Shown piece after piece: positions 46,903-59,255 of a stretch of DNA of 59,781 nucleotides. The stretch spans positions 868,001-927,781 of the forward strand of contig AP026151.1 in assembly GCA_030295235.1 (NCBI GenBank), in the 5' to 3' direction. Made by a program: the position numbers and the translations under genes. Each line of letters starts with the position of its first letter. The first letter of the stretch is position 1. A model generated the notes under the pieces. That model searched no databases. It was not told the origin of the DNA and worked only from the letters and a program-made list of their open reading frames with translations. This stretch comes from Fistulifera solaris (lineage: Eukaryota).

Positions 46903-47997
46903 TTATACGTGGATACTGAATTTGTCGTCTTTTGCGACGTGTTCGTTGTTGATGAGTAGTTCTCGTTGCCGGAGAGTGCACAACGCCGTGCTGTTCACCT
47001 TTTTAAACGATTTCTTGCTGCTACTGCCTCTGTCATGGACTGTTGCATTGTGAAAATGTGTCTCGTTTAGAAAATGATGCGTCGAGTTCATGTAAAAGTA
47101 ATCCTCCATTTCAACGTCTTCGCTGCCCTTGCCTTTGCCTCCTTTCCCCTTTTTACTGCTTTTGCCTGAAGCGGACTTTTTACTTTTACTACTGCTTTTT
47201 GACTTCTTGCCCTTCTTCGATTTCTTTCCTTTGTTGCCGCCCATCACGCCGCACAGCACCTCTGGTGCCTGTGTCGAGTTGGAACAAACAAAATCCGTGA
47301 TCCAATCTGCATATGTACTCAATCGAATATAAACAGAAGGTTGATTGGTGCAGCCAATATTGTAGCTATAAACACCGGATTGCTCTTGAGTGATTTGGTC
47401 CAATAGCGGGCCCCCCTCGTCCCCATCGCAAGGTCCTCCAAATGGAAAGCTTGCACAGTACTGAGTTGTTTCATTGAATAGATCGCCGACTTGCAATCGA
47501 CAAATACCGTTCTCAAGAAGAAACATGTCCACCTCCATCAGAGAATCACTGTATGCCGACTCCTCTTCCGTTGATTTACCGAATCCGATTGTGAACAGGG
47601 GTAGATCCGCTACGAGTGTCCCTTCTAAGTTTAGTGATACGAGTGTGTTGTTACTTGATTCGTTGAGTAAAACAAGCATGAGGTCTTCCGTCGGATGCAT
47701 TTGAAGCGACGAAACACTGATGCGCGGAGCGAAGTCTCGGCCAAGTCGATCGTTGGATCCAATAAATACTTCATTGTTATCAAACACATTCTCGCACGAT
47801 TTGACTGTCAAGACTACGTCTGCAGCAATTAAAGTTCCTCCGCAAACGCTGCTATTGGTGATTGCATGACAGAAGTACGGGTAGGCTCCGATTCCACCGG
47901 GAAAACCACCCACGATTCTCGGTTGGATCTCATTGTGTGCAAATATATTGCTCGCAACAGCGAGTGATGGCAACATTAGAGCAGCTATTACATTCAT
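46903..47997 (-). CDS. Secreted trypsin-fold pseudo-protease with a Lys/Ser-rich silaffin-like tail, paralogue of 25635-27302
   Basis: R|IVGG, CGGTLI, VLTVKSC (His lost), DLML, CDGDEGGP (Ser->Glu). Tail GKKSKKGKKSKSSSKSKKSASGKSSKKGKGGKGKG, with RQRELL near the end. Confidence 0.88.
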   Translation of the reverse strand: MNVIAALMLPSLAVASNIFAHNEIQPRIVGGFPGGIGAYPYFCHAITNSSVCGGTLIAADVVLTVKSCENVFDNNEVFIGSNDRLGRDFAPRISVSSLQMHPTEDLMLVLLNESSNNTLVSLNLEGTLVADLPLFTIGFGKSTEEESAYSDSLMEVDMFLLENGICRLQVGDLFNETTQYCASFPFGGPCDGDEGGPLLDQITQEQSGVYSYNIGCTNQPSVYIRLSTYADWITDFVCSNSTQAPEVLCGVMGGNKGKKSKKGKKSKSSSKSKKSASGKSSKKGKGGKGKGSEDVEMEDYFYMNSTHHFLNETHFHNATVHDRGSSSKKSFKKVNSTALCTLRQRELLINNEHVAKDDKFSIHV

Positions 47998-48594
47998 GCT
48001 CGGTTTTGTTCACGGCTTCTTGTACTTGGCGATGAGTGCCAATGCATGAATGCTGTTTTGCTCAGTCTTGCATGAATGTAGCAAATGGAAAACAATCAAA
48101 ATGAAAGAGTCGTCGGTCCTGAAAGAGTCGCCGAAAAAGCAAATCATCAAAATAAAAAAATGTGACGGCCGAAGTCACCGTCTTTCGGTTGCGATGTCCC
48201 TCGACGAATTTAGTATGAAATAAGTAGAAGCAAAGACCATGAAGGATGACTTTGTTGCAGTAGCGAATGAAGCGCGTTTTGATAAGGGCTTAAGAAAAAA
48301 TGAGACGGCTATCGCTTATAGTGTACCTTGCGCTACAAGTCTTACGTCATGCAACGGTCGGCGAAAGAAAAATTTGAAATGGATGGACCTTTCGCTCTAA
48401 CTTTATTTTAAAAATACAATCTTTTTCTAGAGAAACTAGCAAGAGCTATTGTGGTAATTCCTCCTAGCGTAAGACTGGCTTGTAGCACGCGTTAGCTTAT
48501 TCGTTCACGCTGAACAAAATGATCAGCTGTTGATCCTTCAATGCTTCGAAGTTTATGTTTTATCTAGCTGATGATGATTAGATCTTTAGCCAGA

Positions 48595-49635
48595 TCAATC
48601 ATCTTGTCTTTGAAATGATCTAGGCCAAAATCGTTCGGGGAGTCCCAGGAATACCATGTTGTTATAAACTTTTAGCAGAAATGCGTCAGTATTTCTTGTC
48701 TTCTCGGCCTGTTGAACTGCGCGGTAAGCTATTTGTCCCAGCGATAAAAGAGGAGGTTCCATTTTAGGCAGTTCCATCGATTTCTTTACGCGGTGAATGA
48801 AGACTGTACTGGTCCCGCCCACAACATCGCGGTCCGGTTACAGTGTCGACTAATTCCAGTTCATAGCTCCCTTCCGGAATGCGTTCTTCGTCATCGATTA
48901 CCGCTGGACACGTTCCCGAAAGATGAAGAGGATATTCTGAAGTCATGATAATGGTTCCATTACTGCATTGACGTCCAATTTGAATCGCTAAAGCAGCTCT
49001 GACGGGTTCCGGCATGCAGCTCATAAAAACAAAAGATGGCATCGGCGTCGCCCTATAAACATGTAAGGATCTTCCAATGAACCCTGTTCGAACTGAATAA
49101 AGGGTTTAAGCTCAATATCGTTGCCGGGGAAGACAAGGATGCCTTCCTTGTTGCGACAACATCGATCTAGGTTCGATATGGCACATTCGTGTAGCCGTGG
49201 CAAAATTTCCAATCCAGAACATTTCTCAAAGGGGCGGCATAAGGGCTGCAGAAGCAAAAACCAGTCGACCTGTACCGCTGCCAATATCTCGAAACGATCT
49301 GCATTCTCGACAGTATGTTGTCAAAAGATGTGCGAAAAATGAAAGATCAAATTCTCCATAGGTATATTCTCGAGGAGGGTCGCGATTGCTTTCGACGTAA
49401 GGCCAGTATCCATCCATTCGGCTTAAAGCGTTCGCTCCTCGAGCAACGAAGAGTCATAGAGGGATTCAAGAGCTTCGAAAATCGCTTGCTGTGATTTAGT
49501 GACGGTGATTTCAATCGGCTGGGCTGCTTCTTCGAGAAATGTACCACGCCGTCGCGTGAATGTGAACGGAAAGCTTGAAAATGCACCAACTATCGATACG
49601 AGGCTTATCAGTGGTATACAGGCTTGAATTTTCAT
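48595..49635 (-). CDS. Class I SAM-dependent methyltransferase (DOT1-like YGE motif) with a plastid-type presequence, broken by about 5 single-base indels
   Basis: VGA|FSS presequence, then YTYGEFD, FRDIGSGTGRLV and GLEILPRLH in successive frames, with no introns at the breaks. Confidence 0.7.
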
Positions 49636-49937
49636 CTACTCAAACAAAGAGATTGAATGCCACGTTTCACTATCGCATAGACCACTACGATGAAGCCATC
49701 TTCGAGATGAAAAGAGATGAAAATGAGTGAAAAATTTCATGGCGGCGACGATCAATGACACTGTCAAAGGACGGACTGACGTCATCGACTATATTGCTAC
49801 TAATGCTAGTCCAAACTAAAAAGAGTTCATCAAAAGTGTAAAATGCAAACAATGCAAAAGATTACTCCGTAAGCCAATATTATTGGAAAGTTTAAGCTCA
49901 TCACAAAGCGGCATGCCACACTATAATTTTCTCGGTT

Positions 49938-51182
49938 CTATTGCGTCGCGTATAGCTTGACGATAGTCATGAGCTGCTCCTGCCAGTAATAGCGGCGACG
50001 TTTAGTGGAAGAAAATTTGGCGTTGCACGCGGAGTCCTCTTGACTGAAGGCTAGCTTACTGCTGGAAGCCCGACGCTGTTGTGAATCACCCATTTGTGCG
50101 TCACATTTAGCCACAAGGTCCACCCGAGACATGCGAATTGTCTCGTACAACTCCATACTTTTAGCCGTCAGACCGAACTCTTCAATAAGGAGGCGCCAAG
50201 CGTTGCCGCATCTTCGTAGCCTTGTTGGCTACCTTGACCAAGAAAGGGATGAGGCGGATGGGCCGCATCACCCAGCAGTACAACACGACCGTATACCCAA
50301 TGCTTCAGAGTTGGATTCAGTTCGCCGAAGCCGACTTGAGCGCTTCGTTGGGCTGTCTTTAAATGTTGGAGAAAAGATTCATCCCAGCCATCTGCCTCTA
50401 GCTCATTCGCAAGTTTCTGACACATTTCAGCCGGAGCGTTTGCAGGTCAAAGTGCCCCAACACTCTGGGTTTGTAGACGACAGGGGGAAATGAATTTGAA
50501 AGCAGGATTCAAAATCGCCCGATAGGAAAGAAAGTCGCGTGGCACTTAGTTGTCAAACTACTTGGCATCGCAGCCGAACTTTCGGCGTGAGAAATTCCCA
50601 TAAAACTCGTCCAACCAGAATAATGCCATTCTACATCCGGCGCAACTGTTCGACGAACTTTGCTTTTACGCCATCTGAAGCCATCAACCAAGCAGTTGTT
50701 GTCTGTGTTCCATCAGCGAAGTTAACTCGTGCACGTACTCTGAAGAGGACTGAGAGTCGACTTTTGTAAGCTCCTTTCCCCAATGTACATTTATTCCTTT
50801 TCGACATACGGCTTCATGAAGTAAGTTTTGCAATCGCCATCGCTGCATCCCTCGACTATTACTCTCAGGTGCTGCTGCGATCACAGTTCCGTCGTGACGT
50901 TCCCAGAATGCGTTCTGTGAAATCAGAACTGGCTTGCAATATTGCTTCATACAAAGTCTCATCAATGTCTCGAAGCACTTTCAATCCATTTTGTTGTAGA
51001 ACTAACCCTGCTCCAACATTAGGAAGCATAGTAGCAGAGCGTTCGAACACTGGTACTTTTCGTCCTGTATATTTTTCCAAAGCGAGAGCCAGAACGAAAC
51101 CGACTAGACCACCGCCGATAATGATCACTTCATGCTGTGGGCTTTCGGCAACGACCGGTACCGATGCTTTTCGTTGACACAT
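49938..51182 (-). CDS. FAD-dependent monooxygenase (salicylate hydroxylase/UbiH-like), multiply frameshifted
   Basis: IIGGGLVG...VFER, GAGLVL, DG motif and [28 protein letters not shown] spread over five ORF pieces. Confidence 0.8.
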
Positions 51183-52691
51183 TTTTGTTTCTTTAACAGT
51201 GGCTGTGTAATATAAGTCCTTTGTGCAACAGCACTAGGAAGACCTCTTTTCAAGTAATAGAATGCATCGTATTATTATTCGATCCGTTTGATGAGTTTGA
51301 GCGATCAGCAAAGATCGGCAGCAGTTCGTATTTTCGCATCGGTGGGTTCGGGTTTCGTGTTTGTTTGAACTTTTATTTTTTCTTAAAAACGGTCAACCAT
51401 GTTGTCTCACCAGCACTCAAAAATTTTCCTTTTAAACGCTTCCCGCCATTTTTCAAATTTGAGATTACTGACGTTGACTATGGAATAAATAGATCGATGG
51501 TGTCAATGAAAGAACGTCAACGAAGCGCAAACATCGAGACAACCATAACATCGCACGCCGGGCGGATGAGTAGTTACCCAGCGCGGAACACATTTGAAAA
51601 TTCTAGTACTCAGAAACTAATAGTATAACCTGATGGAACGGGGCTTGGGGGTCATTGCTTGTGAAGCGCACAGCGCACTGTCGAAAACGAGCACGGAGAG
51701 GACGGCAACAACAACAACGCCAACACAAAGCGACAGGCAATCCCTCCAACCATCTCTTTTCAATCGATAAGTGATCCTTGAACCGCTCTCGATGAGTCTT
51801 TGGAGGCACCGGAAGAAAGAACAAAGCTTTGACTCAAGCAATTGTGCCGGAAAAGGTTTGAGGCGACGAGAACAGACACAACAGTAAGAAAATGTCAATC
51901 GGTACGGCCGGCGCGACGATGCGAAAAACATCGAATTTCCCCCTTTCCACAAGTGACCATGGCGAGGATCTTTTTCCAATAACAAACGGCCGTCGTCATC
52001 CTCCAGACGATTCTATTCGGAACTCCGTGAGAATACAATGCGATTGAGAACTCGTTTCTCAACAACAACCTTTCTTTGGGAGAAAGCACGTTGAATTGCC
52101 GTTTAGGGAGTTCTCAACGGCGGTCAGACGTGCTCGCCCAGTTGACCGAGCAGTCACTGAGAGAGAAACACACTACTTCTTATCCCAGAGTGCAAGAGGC
52201 ACGGTCCGCTCGTACGATTGGTTTCGAATTCACCGCGAGTTCGCGGGTGCTTGACACTGACACACTCTTCTCAACAACAAGAGAACGATATGATGGCTTG
52301 AAGCGACAAACTGTTGCAAACACAACAACCACAATTGATAACAATATCATTTACTGTGATCCTCAAACGCAGGAACGATCACAAAGCGACCATTGCGAAA
52401 ACGGAGCGGCTTTAGAGGCAACAAATCGTGCGATACATCAACGAGACATTTCTATCATTTCTTAGGTCAATCGTGTGTCAAGCGAAAGGGACCGAAGGGG
52501 TGTAATTACGCAGTTAGACCGATCACAACGCAATCATAATAGCCAGAGCAACGCGCGTATCTCAATTCATTCGTCAAAGGAGGCGTTTGAAGTAAAAAAT
52601 CGGTATTCTTTGACAGAAAAGAAGGAAAAAACTACCATTTCCGAGTTCAGTAAAAACAAAGCGTCTCAGCTCGACGCTGTCGGGACGAACC

Positions 52692-54822
52692 ATGGGTTTC
52701 AACAATACGACGGCTTCTTCATCGGCGTGGAATGCGCCGGGTACTACAGTCGAAAAGTTAGAAGCTTCTACGCTGCAGACGGAGCAGTCACGAGAAGACG
52801 AGGATGATAACTCAACAATTCGCTCCTTAGACTCGTTACTGCATGATGCGATGTACTCTCCGCAGCTGCCTCCGGCATGTCACAGGAACGCCATCGACAA
52901 TTTCAACCGCTGCCTCAGCGGATGACGCTCGTTTCAGCATCATCCGCTTAACACCACCGAAGGGTTGATTCATGGGAAGGACTTCCTCCTTATTCCTTAG
53001 ATGAAGGTTTCGCACCAAATTCACAGCGACCCAGGGCGGCTCATTCACAGGGTGCTTGGTCAGCTCCGCGGTCCCAACAACACGTTGCTTCTTTTCGAAC
53101 AGGCGGTGTCCCGCCCATTGCACCAAGATGGCAACAACAGCACCACCCTCTGCCTTTTGTTCAGCGAGGGCGAATAGTTAGATCCAAATCGCACAGGGCT
53201 TTATATGGCTGGAGCTGGAGCAACGTCACGAAAACCGGCGAGGTCCCCCACCTTTGCATCCATCATCGGCTACAACGCCTCGCCTCGAACGCCAGCGACC
53301 CAGCAATCCACAACCTCCTTCTGCACCTCCAGCTACCCCGAATAATGTAAATAACAGTCCACATCGGTGCAGCAACAGGATCCAGATCAAGCTCGGAGGT
53401 ACTAAAGAGCGCTCCTTCGGGAAGAAAGCTTGCTTGTACGAACCTGACACATCGAGAGCGGTGACCTTGATTACATGGTTGGTCGGGCGAATATTGGCGC
53501 TGGAATTCGGGTATTTTTCACGACAACAGCTGCAAGCTGGTGTTCATGCTGCGTTTCCCACAAAATCGATTCCGGAATCATCACAAGGACGAAGGTGAAT
53601 CGTTGCATGCAAATCATACTCAACAGTTGCTTTCACTACATCATTCAGCGACCTGATGGTACCTGAGGGAGAATGGAGATACTTTCCGTGAAGCATTCGC
53701 GGCTCAAGTCAGCAATGATGATCATATGTTACGGCATCTTCCTTCTCCGTTGGAATGATATGAAGGCGTCCGTGAGGCGATGTACTACTTGCATCCACCA
53801 GTGCCCTGGATTCCCCGGCCTTTTACGCGAAGCGTCTCCTCAACTCACTTCCGTGAATGCCCCTGTCAGTCCAACGCAGAGACTTTCGGATGACAAGCGA
53901 GCGGTCTTGCTTTGTTTCAATGAGAGCGTCACGGAGTGCTTTGGATGTTTTTCGATGCCACAATGAGTTCATTCATGATACGGTAGCATGCTTCTCACTT
54001 GCAGTTGTCAAGTCACGAGTGGCGTCAATTCTTTGGTGCCGACAATCCCGACAGCGCATACATTTGGGGCGATGTAGGAGTTCGCTGACACATCCGGATG
54101 GACAAAGCAGCGGATTGATTCTTTGGGAGTTCTATCGAACCAAGAAGCGGCAGCTTTAGAAACGACTTGGTGTTCCGAAGCGTTACGACCATCAACCACG
54201 AGCTTTGTGGATTTGCGCGCGGAGGTAAGCGGCGGTTGGCTACGGCGTAATCCTGCTGTGTTCGAATACAGCGAGGAAATGTGTCCTTTCGTTCATAAAC
54301 TTCAAAAAGATTCCGAAAGTCTTGGTTCTCCATGAATGCCCGAATGGTATCCGTTGTCCGAAAGCACATTCCTTAGAAGAAGTCGCTTATCATCCCAATC
54401 AATACAAGACCCGTATTTGTCAGCAACGCCAATGCTCGTTTGGAGACGTGTGTCCCAATTTTCACCCGGTAGAAAGTCATCGTACCAAGAAATCTGACGT
54501 TCGTGGAAGCCATGCTCGGACTCCTCCCACCAGTTCAAAACCAGCCGGAGCTCCTATTTTGTATACTTGCGATGCACCCATGAGTGCATTTGATATGGAC
54601 ATCAAGACTCCCGGGCTACAAAATCTTTACCGGCGACATTGCGCTGTGGCCCGGGCCTTGTTACGCCAACAGAACCCTGCATTTTATCACTTGTTTGATA
54701 CAAATAACGTTTCTCCGGATAAAAGCCATGCGGCAGCAACAGAGTCGCTGACCAGTGGAACCATTTCAAGGCCGATTGAAAGCTTGACAGATTCATTGAT
54801 GCATATTTTGAATGTAAATTGA
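52692..54822 (+). CDS. CCCH zinc-finger (Unkempt-like) protein, frameshifted; start uncertain
   Basis: WLRRNP..FEYSEEMCP, CPNGIRCPKAHSLEEVAYHPNQYKTRIC...CSFGDVCPNFH. Upstream pieces look coding (TWLVGRILALEFGYFSRQQLQAGVH). Confidence 0.75.
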
Positions 54823-55005
54823 GGCGCGTCAATCATTTCCATCACAAGAGCGAGTGCTTCGTTCTACGCACTAGTATTGTTACCATTATATTACCACATA
54901 GATCATTGTTTGTTATATTGTGCGATAATTTACATCAATTTCAACTTGCTTCCAAGGTTTGAATGCAGCCTTGTTGATCAAAGACTAGGCTTGGAGCCAT
55001 GAAGA

Positions 55006-55725
55006 TCAAGCATCGCTGTCATCCTCATTCCACATAAAATTATACATCTGCACCATTTCGGAAAGAGCAATGACTTGTGGCAAGGGATGAGGACCGGTTA
55101 AGCGTCGTAATAGGACTTGTACTTGTTCACGATCCGCGACGGCGAAGAGGTTGAGAATGCGTAGTTTTCGTTGCTTCACCTGAAAGCGATTGTCGCCATG
55201 CTAATCGAGAAGTGTTCCATAACTCAAGTCCACAGTTTGAAAGCTCGCGGGGTTCTTTGACTGTAATGAGTGTTCCTTACAACTTTCACAAGTAGATTCG
55301 ACATTTTCGCAACACGAAGAATTCACCCACCAGTCACCTTCAAGGAATGAATTGTTTCGTAACGATGATACAACAATTGATTCTGTAACCGAGAGAAACC
55401 CAACACCCGTAAGAGCGACCGACTTAATGTGCGACTTGGCGGACTGAGTAAGCGTACCAGTATCTTTATTCGAGGCGAATGACGAATAGGACAGCGTTGC
55501 CGACGGAGCTGTCATCGCGCTAGTGTTAAGATCGCCCCGTCGCTGCGCTTTCGATCCATTTTCGGGCTCTGATTGCGCTTTAATAAAAGGGGAAATTTTT
55601 CTAAGGAAAATAACATAGTAATACGCGGAATTTCCCACTTTTCTTCATTAAGAGCAAAGACGGATACTCACGGTCTTTTTCATGTCAACAAAGCCAACGA
55701 AGATTTCGGAGCACGAGAAATCCAT
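55006..55725 (-). CDS. DUF4050/Gag1-like clamp protein, frameshifted; 5' end uncertain
   Basis: Read across two indels: GDWWV...F.NCGLELWNTSRLAWR...HPLPQVIALSEMVQMYNFMWNEDDSDA*. Confidence 0.65.
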
Positions 55726-56002
55726 CAAAAGAAAAGAACGATCGAGAAGCCAAGGCCAAAATCGCTCAGAAATGAGGAACACAATCTGCATTTGCGTATA
55801 GAGTGACCTCGAGAAAAGGAAGCATCAGCAGAATGGCCTACTCCGAAATTGGTATCTATTGTACAATAACTTGTATACTTTGTGTCCCGCTTGTCCTCAC
55901 CAGATGGAGCGCCAATCGTCCGCCGTGCGCGTAGGGGGGTGGATAACGGACCGACGGACCGACGTGGTTGGTGATTGAATTGTTTAGTCCTCCACTTCCA
56001 AC

Positions 56003-56566
56003 TAGTGTTCGACAAATACCATTTTATTGAAATTGAAAAAAACCAAAGCGGTTTTAAACCGTATTAAACCGGTTTTATCGTATTTTATGGTTTTATTCCG
56101 TATTATTCAAAACACCGTCATTACGTCCCTGTAGCTACAGCTCCAGGCTTTTCAAGAAGAAAAGCTTCAAAATTTGATCTTTTATGCAATGAGATCATCT
56201 ATAATGTGCTCAATTGATTGGCCAGGTTAAAACATTCTTGGTTTACTTGAAGCTTAGCGAAAAAAACATTAAGTTCTCTCAAAACCCATGCCAATTTACT
56301 GGCGTAGCGAAACTTTCAAGGAATATAAAACTCAACATTTAATCAAGACTGGTGATTGGTTATTGATCTGCTGCGCTCTGATAGTCCATTGCTTGGAAAA
56401 AGGCGTGCTAGGCTAAAAAAGATATCAATCGGAAACTTAGGGGTCTCACGGTACAGGCGTCTAACGAAAAAAACCGTTTTTTCAAAATCAAAAAACCAAA
56501 AACCAGTTTGAGTACGGTATAGATACGGTTTTCTGTTTTTTGGTATTAATACCGTGTTGAACACTA
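56003..56566. mobile_element. hAT-like non-autonomous element, family B (564 bp)
   Basis: TIR TAGTGTTCGACA/TGTTGAACACTA (11 of 12 match). Perfect 8-bp TSD CTTCCAAC. Subterminal AAACCG/CGGTTT repeats. Confidence 0.9.
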
Positions 56567-57899
56567 CTTCCAACTTACCAGAGTCGGCTGTGGAGCCTGC
56601 TATGACTTGGGATGTCAGAGCGGTTTCTCCCAACTTCTATTTTTAAGGTTCACGTCCGCATTCTATCTTCAAGTTAGCGTCGTCCTTCCTCTACATGATC
56701 CTGCCTATGGTGGGTGTCCTGTGAAGGTACAGAAGCTAAATCCGTTTTCATTCTATACTCAAAAGGCATATTGTTATCCCATCTGCCACGCCAGTGCAGC
56801 CATCTGTTCGAATCTTTGGCGAAGCTGGTGGTAGTCTCAAATTAAGCTTCCTCTCATGATGCATGTAGCTTAACACTCACAATTAATTGATCGTTTATGC
56901 CTAATTCGCTCAATTGTCTGTATCTACCGCATTATCAAGAGACTTGGCAGCTTTGGTGTCGTTAGAACCCTTGAAATTGACTGGTAGCACTGCTGGTTGT
57001 AGATGACCGGTTCGAGGTCCTGAACACGGCATCGAAGATCCAATAAATAAATAATAAGAATGTTTGAGCTCCGCACTGTTGTGAGTCATCCCCTACTCGT
57101 GAAACATCATTCTCACGGGGGGAAGAGTAGGATTTGAGGGAGTGGCACTCATGTCAGTACCTTTGAATTCCTTAATACGATCATTGATACGTCCAGCGCA
57201 CTTCTTTCATTCCAGAGCCCACGGTGTGCGGCTTCCGCGACTGAACAGTTTCTGAGCATAAAGAACTGCCCGTCCGCCGGGGAGAGTCAGGATATCGCAT
57301 TATCAGGAATCGGGTTAAATACAATAATATCCGCCCGCTCCCTCACGGGGAGCCTCTCTTTGAGGCACAGTCGGCTCAGCATGTCAATAATTGACTACCA
57401 GGTAGGTCAATTCATGTTGAAAGGGCTTTATGCATTTATGTTGAAAAATGATGCAATTAAGGTTGTCAATCTCGGAGCAGATTATTGTTGGGATTGAATA
57501 TTTTAAGTTCCAATTGCTACTTGGTGAGTTTCAACTAGACATCCAAAGCGCATCTGTGATTCAAACCAACTGTAATCATCGTTAACTACTGTCAGTCAAC
57601 CTTCACAGAATTTTGTAAGAATCAAATCACTGCTTCCATAATTTCTGGAGCGTCCACAGAATTTCTGAAAGACTGAAAACAACTTACTAAAATTTCTCAA
57701 ATTTACATACTCAAGTTTCAACTTATTGTAGTCAGGTGGCGGGCTTCCTGTCATGATGGTTTCCGGCAAGATATCTTTCAAGGCGGCCGTAATTTCCAGG
57801 GGAAAATATTCAAACAATTCACCACGTGCATCATCAGGTGTTGAATGAAAAGGATAGGAAGTTTCTTGTAGGGGAGCCCATGGATGGTGGTTCAAGCTC

Positions 57900-58415
57900 T
57901 CTCCTTAATTGTTCTGTTGGATGCGTTCTATCTACCGGGAACATGCGTATTTGGCGCCACAATATCAAGTACAACCGGCCCTAAATCACCGCACAAGCAT
58001 GCAAATTCGTTGTCACTGTGAATTGCAGTAACTGGGAGGCCCGACTGCGGTAAATATCCAGCGGTTGCGGATTTCCTTCAACATCACTGTTTTTGATGCG
58101 ATCCGGGACCGGCAGAATGGTGTGCCATCCAATATTTCGGGATATTGTCACTAGAAGCGGGATTTTCTTGACAAAAACATAGTCAACTGCCAGCTTGGCG
58201 TGGTAGGTGGTGCAGCAAGATTGACCTTGGTACAGCAAGTCGGACTTGATCCGATGCGTGTGCTGGAGGGGGTCCTGCTGTCATGGTTCCTTTCAGTTTT
58301 GGAACATCGGGTCCATAGATGGTAACAGCTTGTCGCGCATCATCCACTGTCACAGGGAAGTTGTGAATTTTGCTGTTCCTCAAATAATCTTCAAATGCCG
58401 GCTTGGCCAGGTCAA
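57900..58415 (-). mobile_element. Degenerate Ty1/copia (CoDi-like) pre-integrase/integrase fragment
   Basis: IHNFPVTVDDARQAVTIYGPDVPKLKGTM and LAVDYVFVKKIPLLVTISRNIGW resemble the NCPVT..D...A..I.GP...LKGK and L..D.FFV..IPFL motifs of diatom copia pol. Frameshifted; no LTRs seen. Confidence 0.75.
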
Positions 58416-58418
58416 GGG

Positions 58419-58713
58419 TTAGGAATTTGGAAATTGGGATATGGAACTTGGAATGTGGAAAAGGGAACTTAGAACTAGGTAAAGCGGAATATGGTAACTA
58501 GGAAGAGGTAAATGAGGTAGAAGGAACAAGCAGATAATTGGAAAAGAGGAATAGGTGGGAAAATAGTTAGGAATTTGGAAATTGGGATATGGAACTTGGA
58601 ATGTGGAAAGGGAACTTAGAACTAGGTAAAGCGGAATATGGTAACTAGGAAGAGGTAAATGAGGTAGAAGGAACAAGCAGATAATTGGAAAAGAGGAATA
58701 GGTGGGAAAATAG
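58419..58713 (+). repeat. Purine-rich direct tandem duplication (148 + 147 bp), subtelomeric
   Basis: 58419-58566 is repeated at 58567-58713, differing only by one A in a run. Confidence 0.95.
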
Positions 58714-59255
58714 GGAAATAGGAAAGATATTGGACATTGTGCACCAGTAAGACAATTCGCTGCAGCACGGTCTGTCTGGCAGACCCACTGACATATCGAA
58801 AAATTCAGCAGTCTGTCCTTCCCACCCGACAATGGCACTCATTGTCATGCAAGAAGGAATGAAGAAAATACACTTGCAAGTCGAAATTGATGCCGTTTTA
58901 AAGCCTGCAAATTGCGGATATGATACTTTGGAGACAGGAAGGGAGGATGAGAAAAGAAGCGGGTGATTGGAGCCGAATATTGGGCGAGTTACGGTGCCTC
59001 AAAGGTCACCATGCTTGTAGGCAGCCACAATGGGTCCTTTCTATGACATGGACCGACGCTTTTCATGTCATTCATATGAATTTAAAAACCAGAAACCACA
59101 TCACCGGACAAAGGAGTGATACATGGAGGAGTTTGGTGGCCAAAGGTGCGCACATGGATGAATAAATGCTGTCTGAAAAGGATGAGACTTTGGCAGCAGC
59201 CATGAAAGTGGAAAAAACAATGTAGTAAAATGACTAATAGACACCGCTTTTTTTG

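Noticed and set aside
51221..52690. Short ORFs between the monooxygenase and CCCH genes
   Set aside because: They have no motifs or consistent frame and are probably promoter or 5' UTR sequence.
58419..58713. LTR pair of the copia element
   Set aside because: The copies are directly adjacent, lack TG...CA ends and do not flank the pol fragment.
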